Below, one piece after another: positions 40,501-52,619 of a stretch of 64,000 bases of DNA (position 1 is its first letter; each line of letters starts with the position of its first letter). This stretch comes from Blasia pusilla (taxonomy: Eukaryota). A model generated the notes under the pieces. The model did not search any database and was not told the DNA's origin. It saw only the letters and a list, made by a program, of their open reading frames with translations. Both the position numbers and the translations under genes were made by a program. The DNA is taken from assembly GCA_050084515.1 (NCBI GenBank), contig CM114271.1:23188001-23252000 (forward strand), in the 5' to 3' direction.

Positions 40501-41781
40501 TGAAACCATTCCCAAGTATGTCATGGTAGTAGGGCCAATTGTCTACTCTCTAATCTAATACCACTCGTGTGTGGCTGCATGCTGCCCACACATTCCTGGG
40601 TGTCGTGAGAAGAACAGGTGAGGTTTGCAAATGGGAACTTCTGCTCACAAGAGTGCGCATTGGTAAGAGGCGGAAGTCGATAATCTGACTAGGCTCCACT
40701 GGTACTTAAATCCGTGTTCTTAGTTTCCAGTCATAAGCATGAGTTGCTGCATATATTGGGGAGTGCATTACAAGCAGTAGCTCTGTGCTCCTCGAAGTTC
40801 TCTGCTTACGCTCGGTGAAGAGCATATGCAAGGAAAGCCTAAAATGTAACTCGATGCTCTGCAGTCAAGCTCTCCCGCCGACCTCATCCGTAACTAGGCA
40901 TGCCCTATTACGTCTTCCCCTCTACAACTGTCGAACCCTCACTCACTCACTCATTCATTTTGACAAGGAAAGAGGCAACGGTTGACATACATATGCTGGG
41001 CTTAGTCCGTCACAATTGATCGGTGGTAGGTCTGCGTAGAAGGTTTGAGAAAACTCTGATCAAGTCCGAGTTTGCAGGATTTCCCCTGATAATCAAGTCT
41101 AGGCACTCTACAATGGCTCACAATCTGGTGGAACTCTTCCCGAGTCTTCAACTGGAATATGAAGGAGACTCGAAAGGAGAGGTTGTTGGAGCAGCAACGA
41201 CAACAGCATGTAATAAGAATTCCTCCTTCATGGCCTCCTCCACGTGATTTCATTCTTCTAATCCACTCGTCCAGGAAATTCGATTGTCAAGAATTTAGTA
41301 GCGGAACTCTGGGAGTCAACGAAATGAAAGTAGAGAACAAGGAGGACGACAAGCGTGTGACGTGATGTAAACATTAAGGACAAGGCTGCCTAGTAGTTTG
41401 AGATTGGAGTGAAAAGGAAATCAAAATATGCAAAATCCTCTGAGAGAAGTGTTTGGCGAACATCTCCTCGAGTTTCGATGCCCATGTACCTTCCACAACG
41501 TAAGCCACAAGATCGGTGTCGAAGTGGGCCGGCAGAAACACGCTGTTGCCTCCCACCGTAACTTTTATGCCCGCCAGATCGCTGCCTCTTCCATCCCACA
41601 TGCCTAATTTGCCTCCATTGTTCTGGTAGAGAGTCCTGGGATAGTCAGGTCTGAGGTTGATCCCCTCGAGTTGAGACGCAGAGGCCTTGCGGCCGAAGGT
41701 AAGCGAATGTGTCACCGAAAAGAAAGTCAGCTGCAAAAGCAGCACGAAGTGGATCACATGAACATTCCCTCCCCCTGCCAT
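37555..41781 (-). CDS. Secreted bicupin, 11S globulin/legumin-like protein, 414 aa; exons 41781-41490, 40001-39805, 39583-39254, 38488-38265, 37756-37555
   Basis: GT-AG introns with consistent phases (1245 nt CDS). Hydrophobic N-terminal signal. Cupin 1: FLPAHFDTDLVAYVVEGSAKWG..LEEGDAFLIPKEAVAWFYN. Cupin 2: GPAFVTNANLLIYIIKGQG..EGQVLSIPRGY. C-terminal FFAGKKSPYLGIPWEILRVGF. Confidence 0.9.
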
Positions 41782-42529
41782 GGTCGCTCCGCTGTGCAAA
41801 ATACTCGAAAGCGTACAGATCTCACTCTTAGACTAGATCATTTCCATCTCTCTATCTCTCAGATTTTATGATACAGGACTATGATGTGCTCTTCCATATG
41901 CGTGAGTGCTACTCTGGAAATGGCAGCCAACTGCAATTGATCAGTGAGCCAATACCTATTCTTATAACAGGCATTCTGTACGATGTGGGAAAATTGATGC
42001 AGTTCTTCGCAGTGCGATGGTTCTTACAAGTGGAGTCGAATTTGAATTTGCCAACCCATAACCAGTTAAGAGGCATACTGTTAAATCAAGAATCCAGCTC
42101 TTCTGCCCGAGTTTTGCTCATCGGAGATGTCTAGAATGACAAACCCTTTCTAGATCTCTCTTCTTCGAAACGTGAGCGTGTGTATGGATTCTTGCAGGGT
42201 CATGGCAGATCTGTGTGGTCAGGGTTTAGGATATAGAAAATCTATCCCCCACTGATTTTAGCCATTTGAGCTGTAGCATAGACTATTGGATGTCACGAAG
42301 TTAATCCACTCACACATTAAGGTGCTAAAGATACGGAGAGGAATCTGGTTTGTTTGCCAGGCAGGCAGTTCGTCCAGCCCTGATACCGATGAGCTTTAAT
42401 TCGCAGGAAATGCAAGCCAATTTTTGGTCACCTTTAAGTTCCTTGGATTGGTTGTTGCTGAGGGAAACTCCACCCACGTAGGACCTTGTTTGGCAATGCG
42501 AAAAAAGGGTTTGTCCTCTGGCAACCGAA

Positions 42530-42662
42530 ATGAAGATGCACTACGATAAAAACGAGTGATGGAAAACCCATCGGAAGTACAAAAGAGGGGGACTCAAAGA
42601 GTCAAAACCTGAAGGCCACAACAGGACCAGAAAAGGAAGAAGGGGGCATTCCCCCCCTAACG
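42530..42662 (-). mobile_element. Short 3' end of a CRE-related retroelement
   Basis: Reverse complement of 47012-47140 and of 43347-43468. Confidence 0.75.
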
Positions 42663-43348
42663 ACGAAACTTCTCTGTCTTCTGGCAGAGAACGTGAGTCT
42701 CTTCAGGGGATTTGCGAGTTACGCAAGATTTGAGGCATTCGCGCTGTATTTAATGCCACCTCGACTTCGTACGCGTGAGAAACGTGGCGCGGAACAATCC
42801 GCATGAGTTCATCGTCGTCTTAATCATCAACCGTATGGATGGGAGTAGAGACACATCCTATGTTGATTGCTGTCGCACTGTCATCGACACTTAAAACACG
42901 GTGGCAACGAGAACAGTAGTATTTTTGGAATCCAAGGTGGCTGTGAGCCCAAGATCCGTGGGCCTGTTCTTGGTGTACGACACATCTGGATATACCTTCT
43001 TCGTTTCTTCATATCATGACCTAGAATGTCGCCTACGTTGCAGTAGCAGGAGAAATGGCCTCTGGGATTGACCAACCGGTTGCTAATTCGTGACTTTTCG
43101 TCTGAGCTTTTCATCCGTGCACTAATTTCTCTGACTTTAATGCTCGCCTTCACGAATTCTTCCGGAGTGTTATAGATAGAATCATACGTGTGATCATTTC
43201 ACTCATTAAGTGAAAAGTCCTCAGTTATGGGCTTTACAATAATATGTGGCGGCCTTAATTATATGATAACCGGACCGGCCGTAAGGATTTGTTTGTATTG
43301 ATGTTCACCGCTCCCACGTGCACACCCTTGTTAACTCCGTGTAGATGT

Positions 43349-43474
43349 TAGGGGGGGAATGCCCCCTCCTGGTCTTGTTGTGGCCTTCATGTTTTGACTC
43401 TTTGAGTCCCCCTCTTTTGTACTTCCGATGGGTTTTCTATCACACGTTTTTATCGAAGTGCATCTTTATTCCAA
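43349..43474 (+). mobile_element. Short 3' end of a CRE-related retroelement
   Basis: Matches 47012-47140; flanked by gtagatgt at 43341-43348 and 43475-43482, a possible TSD. Confidence 0.75.
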
Positions 43475-46400
43475 GTAGATGTCGATCATCTCTCAGAGTC
43501 GCATCCGGGTCATCCTAGCTGAAGCCCATGGGCCTTTTCATCGTGTGTACAGAAAGAAGCATGTTTGATTACTTGTAGCTATAGTTTCAAACTGAAACAC
43601 AAAGCTTAACAACTAATAACATCCGGAGTCAAAGATTGTCCCGCTGCTCTGGCGGAGCAGTTATCTGAATCTCCCTTCAAATTCCTGTGGCATGGCACGA
43701 CTGGCCTGCGACTCACTGCAGATGCGAAGCACTGACGCACGTAACCAGCAGCAGGTCGTGGGGCAGAATTGGTGGCGCTGGGACCACCTGTAGGACCTCT
43801 GACCGAATCAGACGATACGCTTTCTCAGCAGAGGGATTGCCGGCTCTGCGCGGAAAATATATGATATAACAGCCTGCACATCGCGTAAAATTCAGGACGT
43901 GCGCTTCTCTGCACAGGCATGGCCATATCTGCTCGATTCGTTGCACACCTCGTGCAGGTTTATGGACCACAGCATCAAATGGATGACCTCATGAAACTAT
44001 GGATGAGAGAAATGTTCTACAAGAAGCTGCTGCTTTATCAAATCATCAGTGATTTTGTCCATTTATCTTCCTGAAAGAAAAGAGCTACTTTGTCTTCTCG
44101 TGGCTATACAAGATAGTGTATAGCCACGAGACAATATTAATAATAGCTCATGTCCTGGTTACTTTTGATCTGCTGACCGCATGACTCGAACTCTTGAGCA
44201 GCCCGTCAAGTCTGTGTTACGGTGCACACCTCTTGAATGAAACTTTTATGAGTTTACGAAGCTAGCTAGCTAAAACAACTTCCATTCACCGCTCTGCCTT
44301 GTCAGTGAGATGGAATTCCTGAGCAGGACACGAGTGATGGAGTCCTATATAAGCTTTCATGCAGGAGCAGACGGGCTGCTTGAGAGGGTTTCTTACAATC
44401 AGAGGAAATTATTATCATCGCTAGATTCCTTGCTCTATCCGCAGCACGATGTCTGCGCTGGATCTCGGATTATTTGCTTGTACAGTGGAGTGCTATTAGT
44501 CGAGTGGTGAATTCAGAGTTTTGTTCTGAATCAACTCGTCTTTGGTTCACATCTGTTTTACTTGTGACCTTGTCCTAGGCTGTGTTATCAGAGTCCCAAT
44601 TCCGTGATGAGAACTTGGAAACTGAGATATCCATTCTTTGCATATTTCCTGCCTCGAAGAATTGGTGAGAGTTCTAACAGTCGATGCCGGATCTGGATCT
44701 GCGAGTGTATGTTGTTTCGATTGACGGCTTGCAGGAAAAAAAAAAACTGAGTGTGATTGTTTGTTTAAGCTGATTCTAAATTTTTCTCATGGCCTCGTCC
44801 TTTGCACTTGTTCAGAGGATCAACGGGAATGAAGTCGGAGAATGGAACTGGCAGCGCTTCCACGAGGAACAGATGAGAATGCTTTCTAGAAAGAGACATG
44901 CTTTCATGAAACCTGGAATCAGTGAACTCATTCTATGTGAATGTTTGCTTGCCAGTTGTGCAAGTACCTCTCGCTTTTTGCTAGCTGGCTGTATTGATAT
45001 TTCATTACGATTTGAATGACGCACGCACCTTCTATATTAGTTGGACCTCTCTAGCCTAAATGAGGAATGTCTCAACTGCGAGTCGTGATCTTGAGTCGGT
45101 GACTGTGTAGGTAGTTAACTTCGTAAGTTCTTCACAAAGCCTCAATCCTCGCTTCATTGAAATTGAAATTAAGGGTGTCAGATACGGTCACAAGACATGA
45201 AGATCTGTCAGTGTTATCGTTAGCATGTGGAGGGGGCGAGAATCCGCGAGATACGCTCAGTTGCGTCCAGAAACCTGACAGCGCGGTTCAATGTTCAATG
45301 CGATATCACAGAGATAGCGAGGAGGCTACTGGAGATGCAGATGTTGTCGTTGTCCGCGTCATATCATTCGGACGCAATTTTGTTACTCAGGAACCTGACA
45401 GGTAAACCTCTTTCGGTTTATGTGTTGTAACTTCTAACCTCAAACAGATCACATCCGAGAACGTGGTGAAACCGTGAAACGCCCGGAGCCTCCGATTTAT
45501 AAATAATCAGGGGCAACCACATTTCAGAATCTCGGCCATTAATCTATGAATCGGTTCTGCTGACTTTCCAGAGGCAGATGATGGTTAGTTCAACAACAGC
45601 ACGTATGACTGATGGTGGGCTTCCAAATCTTTCTCTCTTTATTGCTCGACCACATCCACAGTGGACCAGTGCACCAGTGGGCGCTCGCCGAGAAACTTCA
45701 GATGGACAATGCCCGCTAGCGGTGAGTAACAGACGACATGGGGGGCGCTGACAGGATATCACAACTTCACAAGGGACGCCATTGGAGATTGTCTCTGCCA
45801 AGGAGACAAGGCGAAAGAAATGAAATCCCAACGACAATGAGCTCGCTTTCAACAGCTAGAAAGAGCAGCCGAGAGGAAAAAAAAGGATCTCCAGGCTTTC
45901 TTTCAAGTACACAGCTGAGACTATATTGAAAGGATCTCTAGCAGAACGCCTTAACCTTGCGATAGCTTCAAGTGTCTATCCTTGCGATTGGATCCATTAT
46001 TGCGAGCATTTGATGGGTTGCGATTCCGAAAGTCGTCACGTGAACATGAAAGAATCAGGTGACCCACATCTCTCTCGACATCATTACCCAAGTCAGCGCC
46101 GATATTGTGCAGCATAGATCAGCTACCCTTCCAGTGACGCGACTGATTTGGTGCTTTCCCAGAGATTCTGGTTCACAACGGCACCTCGCACATTTGCGTT
46201 GGTTTCGACCTTTAAAACCGCCGAAATTGACCAAGCTGCCGTCTACGTACCCACAATACTCACGAGACTTCGGCTACCCGAAACTTCCTCGAATCATGAA
46301 AGTGGAAGGCAACACACATGGTCCACATTCAAGCAGCAACATCAGATGTCAGTGACCCTAGAGGTCGAGTTTCGACATGACCAGATGAAATGTTCTCTGG

Positions 46401-46637
46401 AATAGGTGCGGTTTAGGGATCCTCTACCCAAAGGTACCGCCTTCAACTCGAAGCCATCGTGTGTACAAAACATTCACAACATGTGTTACTAATCGAATCA
46501 CCCTGATCCATTCGAGCAAAGTATCAGACATGGCCTCTGCTTCCACCACGTGCGGCCTCACTGAGAAGGTATAACAAGTGGAACATTGAATTCTGGGTAT
46601 ATCGTTCTCCTCTCCGCTCTTCTCCGTTGAATGTTCC

Positions 46638-47143
46638 GGGAGAATGTGCAGAGAGAGAGGCACTACTCCATCGGGACATTGTGCCGATCTCTACATCGTG
46701 AGGTGAGGTGGTTTGGGCGTGCGGAGAACGATATTCCCAGAGCCGCTACAAGGAGCGGCGGCAGAAGAAGACACTCGACTACACGAGGGACACATCTTCA
46801 TGCCATAGAGGATATGGGGCTATGGGGAGAGGAGACTCGTTTCGGTTGCGCCCATCATCTCACTAGAAATGGGTTGCCTTTCCTCATCGTTCGAGAAACG
46901 CTGTTGCAGGATGGGATTTTTGGCGGCGGCTCAGTGCTAGAGGCCCACTTAGTAGTAGTCATAGCTCTCTTGTTGTTGCTGATATTGTCTCTGCTGTTGG
47001 TGAGTTTTGAACGTTAGGGGGAGAATGCCCCTTCTTCCTTTTCTGGTCGTGTTGTGACCTTCAGGTTTTGACTCTTTGAGTCCCCTCTTTTGTACTTCCG
47101 ATGGGTTTTCCATCACTCGTTTTTATCGAAGTGCATCTTTGCT
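46638..47143 (+). mobile_element. Internally deleted CRE-derived non-autonomous retroelement with a 20-bp TSD
   Basis: Patches match 21715-22240 (cagagagagaggcactactccat; tgctagaggccc..agtagtagtcatag). TSD tcttctccgttgaatgttcc at 46618-46637 and 47144-47163. Confidence 0.82.
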
Positions 47144-49129
47144 TCTTCTCCGTTGAATGTTCCACTTGTGATACCTTCTCACTGTTCTCAGTGGGAGAAC
47201 GATATTCCCAGAGCCGACAGCATTTATTGCGGCTCGGACTGGTTTCCGCGTGGACACTGTAAGGCAGTGTAAGCGCATGCCTACTAATTGCTGGTGCCAT
47301 CCAACCCTGATCACTTATTGCGTCAGATTCTTCAGAAAGGTACCTTAACGCGGCAACCCTTACATTCGTCTTGTCCAGGAAATGCACATGCGTCCGTCTT
47401 GGGCTAATAATGACAACCTCAGGTCAGATCTGAAACGGTTTGAGGCTTTGATCTATCCGTCATTTGCTCGGAAACTTGGGAAGTTGGGAAGACAACTGAC
47501 ATGAACTCCAGCCTTTTGCCTCCAAAACTCTCCAGAGTCGACGGAAGTATGAGTTGTAGCATTGAATGCGTAGCCCATTTGATTCTCAAACGCTCTCGAT
47601 TCGTGCCTTTCTTTCTTTCTTTCTGCGAAGGGTTCTTCTTCATCCCATCTCTTCCTGTCGATGTAAGACCACGGTCCTCAAGCATGGACATGATACAATT
47701 CTGAAAAACCAGCGATTCTAGAACGAACTTGGGAATGGACTTTGCATTCTGGTTGCGCAGTCATTCGATTAGAGAGTGGGTGAAACTTCTGTGGACCTGC
47801 AGCTCCGAAAATTCGTCTCTTTCATGCAGTTACCTAAAGCTATTCGTCGTTGGATTCCGGAAACAGCCGACACACAATAGTTGAATTCCAACAAGGGCAT
47901 AACAATTTCCAACAAGGGTAATAAATGGATATCGGGTAACATGATGGCAGGGAGTAGGAGGAGGTTGAAAACTCTTTGGTGATGCGGAGATAAGGTTGAA
48001 ACTTAATGTTCATGCAGTTCGATAAGCCATTATTATTTACTACTAGCGTGCTACGCTACGCATGGGTGATACTAATTTTTTTTATTCTCTTATATTATTT
48101 CAATTTTGTCTCCATCAAAGTGACATATCAAAGGGACATCGTACAAGCCCTTAGAATACAGGTGTCAACTGGTTCTCTCAAACCCCGTCCTCTTCTAATT
48201 ATGTAGATTAACATGTTTCATCGGGATCAACATGTTTCAAACACATACAACACTCGGCAACGGACATGCTAAGATACATCGCTTGTGTTCTTTGTTGCTC
48301 ATCGTGCAATGCCAAGTTTGAAGGGAAGCACAACTATTTCTGCACAATTACCATAGGATTTGTGGCTCTCAAATTACCCACATGCAATTTCTAGCATTAA
48401 CTCATGAAACACATCCTTAGAGTGGGGAGTTGCATTTTTTAAGGTGGGGTCATTGGAGGCATGTTTCAAGACCAGATTTAGACTAGGGCAAGCCAATGGT
48501 ATGTATCTGTATACATATGCCAATTTTGAGTACAAAGAAGCATCGCTGAATTGTAGCACTAGACTTCTTGGAGCTTCTTTGTTTGACATTCTTGTGAATG
48601 CTTACTCAATCCATCAACAAAGTGGAATGGATTGTGAAGTTCTTAGCACATTTGGGTCGACGACGTTCATATCAATGACACCATCTAAACAATGATAGCA
48701 CCGCCCAAGTTGTCTTTGATTCACTCTAGTGTTGAATGTAATGATCCTTTGCTTATTTAGAGGTAAAATTTGAATCGTTCAACTTTTGTTGGGATTCAAA
48801 ATGATTCAACGATCAATTCCCAATCCATTCTACAAACCTTTTAGAAATATGTGGTGGATTTGATTTGTTGCGTCTCCTATTGGGGGACGGTGAGTATTTG
48901 CGTTGTGTGTCTCAGAAGGTCTTATTTTGGTCCTAAGAGGTCAAGAATGACTTGTTTAGGACTATGATAATCCCAATTTCATGCTATCCCTAGTTTTGCG
49001 CTCTTCGGGAGCTATATTGAGAAACTTGCTATCCATGTAAATTCCCCATTTTGAGTAGAGTTCACTTTCCCTTCAAGGAGAATGCCCCTTGATCCACTAT
49101 TTTAAGTTAGGGTTGAGGAGATGACATGT

Positions 49130-49456
49130 GCGCCAAGTCACCAAGGAGAGACCTTGGGAAGAGGGATGCCACGTCTTTTAGGATAGATCGGCGAGATAGA
49201 GCAACTTTCAGGATACTCGAAGAAAACCTTAGGAGGTCAAGGATGATGTGGTGAGACTATGGGTAATCTGAGAGAGTAGGTTTCCCCATTGTTTGGCTTA
49301 TTTAATTGGAGCTATGTTGAAAAACTTACTATTTTGGGCAAGTTACCATTTTGAGTATAGTTGGCTTTCCACTTTTGGAAGTGGAAAGCTAGGAGATGAC
49401 CTACAAGCATATGTTACCGTGGAGAGAGCTTTAGAGAGGGAAGGAGGTATACCTCA

Positions 49457-49547
<91 letters not shown>

Positions 49548-50240
49548 AGAGCTCATTCTCTTTTTGTTGAACCTAGCCTCTAGACATGAGACGGTGGAGC
49601 TATGGTCCCCCTTGCCTTGTGTGTGTAACCCAAGCCTCTCACTAGGAGAGTGGGTTTGGTTTGACATGAGAGAGAAATAGTTTTGTGTACCATGGAGACT
49701 TCATTGTAGTTGAGAGTATTACTTGATTTACAAAGAGAGAATGCATGAGTGAGAGGGCTACAATGAAAGAGCTCGCTGATTGCTCGTTTTTGTTGCAGTT
49801 TGGGGACCATGTTCCCTGCTTCATGGCTCATGGGAGTGCTCACACGAGCAAGTGCTATTGGTTTTTGTGCTTTGTTATACCGATTTTTAGTACGGGAGAG
49901 TGACGTGCGCAAGCACTGCTCAATTTTTGGTAGAGATTGAGTATGGGAGTGGGTTGCTCAATGTTGGTGCTCTTGGGAGCACCATGTAGGTCTCACGTTT
50001 TTATTTTTATAGGTGTGAGATTTTTTTTGGGAGTAATAAGCCTGGAAGCGCTGACAAAATTTGTGTAGGAATGAAGATTGAAGATTTGTACGACAGTCAT
50101 CGTCAATTTTTTATGGAAGGTCTAATGGAAAAACCAATTTGATACCATTGTAGATCAGAAATTTGTGCAGACCGTTGAAGAAATGGTGCAAAATTTTGAG
50201 TTTGGAGCACAAAGTTGTGGATGATCTTGCAAGCTGCCAT
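49130..50240 (+). repeat. Family A LTR-like copy, opposite orientation to 58800-59790
   Basis: Collinear reverse-complement matches: 49176-49202 vs 59762-59790, 49543-49675 vs 59368-59495, 50150-50230 vs 58815-58895. Confidence 0.8.
49459..49542 (+). repeat. (GA)42 microsatellite
   Basis: Perfect dinucleotide run counted directly. Confidence 0.97.
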
Positions 50241-51868
50241 GGCCATTGTGTGAGTTGAATTTTGAAATTGCTTTGGTTACTTGTGTGGGCGTAGAAACAA
50301 AATGAAGATATTTTATCTGAGGGGATAGGACAATGGCACATGTCTTGTGAGGTAGAAGTTGAGTGAAAAACTTAAGACCCCTAGCTTGAGGGCACGTTGA
50401 GAGCAAGAATCCAAGTTGGGGCAGATTTAGAAGATAGACCTGAATTTTGCGGGGATTTTTTGAGTAAAAGAGTTGGCAACATCGTTAACCATCAACTGCC
50501 CAAGTGCTGTCAGCTTAGTCTGTGGTTCAACACGCCTTGACGTCCGCACGTAGTCCTAGCCGTGTCCGTGATTGTCGCGTCCTCTGTATGGGCGAGACTT
50601 ACATATGGAACTTGAGCCGGCCTCAATCCCCGTTGTAGTTGCTGCCACTCACACCAGCTACCCACCTTCCACATCTGACTTGCTGCGACACTATAGCCGC
50701 TGCAAGGCACTCCCGGCGAGCCGTGCCTTGACTGTTTACGGACCCCTTTGGCGCCTACACGCGGTCAGACTATTGTCCGATTCACATCGGAACGATATGC
50801 CTTCGTTTGGAGGCATATCCTTGGAATATGCTAACTCTGTTCCCGCTCCACACAAGGTGGGGCGGAACAGAGCTCAAGCCTGATTGAAACGGAGGGCTCT
50901 CTTTCCTCCATTTTGACAAAAAAAGAGGGTTGCGGATAATCTTAGGATGAACGGGCACTCACACATAAGATTTCCATTTTGTGATAGTCTAAGTATTCTA
51001 GAGAGCTCCATTGCCCTTTTTAGAAGGCGAGTTACATAAAATAGTAGTTGTGAGAGTATATTAGACTAAGATAGTCAAATCGCCACATTTTATTCGTAGA
51101 GTCAAAATGACCATAATGAGAAGATCTTGAAACCCATTTAAATTTTTTTTGGATATGTGTCTGCAATATATATTAAAATCTTATATATTTCCGCGTAGAG
51201 TCATTTGTACCATTCAATGAGGATTTGGCTTATATGAAATTGTTTCTATATGCTCTAGATACAAGAAATATCTGCCTTGTCGTGCACATACACATCGCTA
51301 CACAACATACATTGCTATCACCGAACACACACACAAACATGCACGATCCCATGCTAATTCCTGACATCCAAACAACGAGACAAGAAGTACTAAAATATCT
51401 CCAATTAAAGTAAGATCCAATATCTCTCTACACCATCTCACACCATAGCTCTTAAAGGTGTGCACTCTCTCTCATGTCAAACCAAACTCACTCTCCTTAT
51501 GAGAGGCTTGGGTTATACTCACAAGGCAAGGGACCATAGCTTTGCCACTTCATGCCAAGAGGTTCAACAAAGACAGAATGAGCTCTCAAGCTCTCTCTCT
51601 CCTTGAGGTATATCCCTCCCCTCCCCCATGCTAACTCATGGCATCCAGACAACGAGACAAGAAGTACTAAAATATCTCCTATTGCCCCCCTAGTTGGTGG
51701 TTAGGTCCCTCTAACTCCACATAGCCATCTATCCCTACCTACCATGACATACATCTCTCAGATGCTAAGAGCAAGAAGGCCGGATGCTCATGTGGCCCCA
51801 TCGTTAGTCGCCTTCCTGTCATCCATGTCACAGAAAAATTCGGAATTGAAACCTACCTAGTATCTCCT

Positions 51869-52560
51869 CTATGTACATCTGGGACACATCCATCGTCCCC
51901 GAGGAACCCTAGTGAGAGGTGGCGTCAGACATGCCATATGCCAACCTCTCGAACATCCATCACATACTAGCATCGTGGCCGCACCACGGGCAGAACCACA
52001 CAACATACAACGCAAGCGTGCAGAAACTACTGCTAAGCTCGGATCTACTGTACCATCAATGTAAGGAAGGCAAGATGGCGCACAATTACGCACATGGTCC
52101 TTCCATACCCTACCATCGCGTCCCTTCAGCAAGAGAACACCGGATGGCAAAACGTCAGGCACTCTCAGGATAGTGCGCCCTGCAATCACATCCAACGTGA
52201 TCGATGCGTTCTGCTGCAAGCAGACATAATCTCACTGATGAAACGTCCGGATAGTTGGTCGATAACCACCATCTTGAATAGTCGCATACCTCAACGTATC
52301 CCGATGCTACGCAATCGCCAAGTTCTCGAACGCCATGGGCATCACTCTCCTAAACAACTCAGCCCTCTGAGAACATGCTCGCATCCATACATCTGGGTCA
52401 TCAATGTCCACCAACTCACCAGCATCTCGACAAATGGCCGTAGGTAAATCTGGCTCTCGGCCATAAAGTAGCAAGTACGGTGAAAAAGACGCTAAGAATG
52501 CCTGCCTGCTGAATCTGTATCCCATCGCCAACCAAGGAAACTGGAGGTCCCAATCTCCAA
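51869..52560 (-). pseudogene. Integrase C-terminal region ending in a PHD finger
   Basis: WDLQFPWLAMGYRFSRQ..SPYLLLYGREPDLP, then CMLC..MLVCDGCSRGWHMACLTPPLTRVPRGRWMCPRC, a canonical C4HC3 pattern. Confidence 0.92.
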
Positions 52561-52619
52561 CATGCCTAAATAGGCTGACGCGTGCCATGCTGGCACTGAC
52601 CCCTCATCACTCTCTCCAT

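Noticed and set aside
49293-49667. ER- and SL-repeat ORFs
   Set aside because: They are translations of the GA microsatellite.
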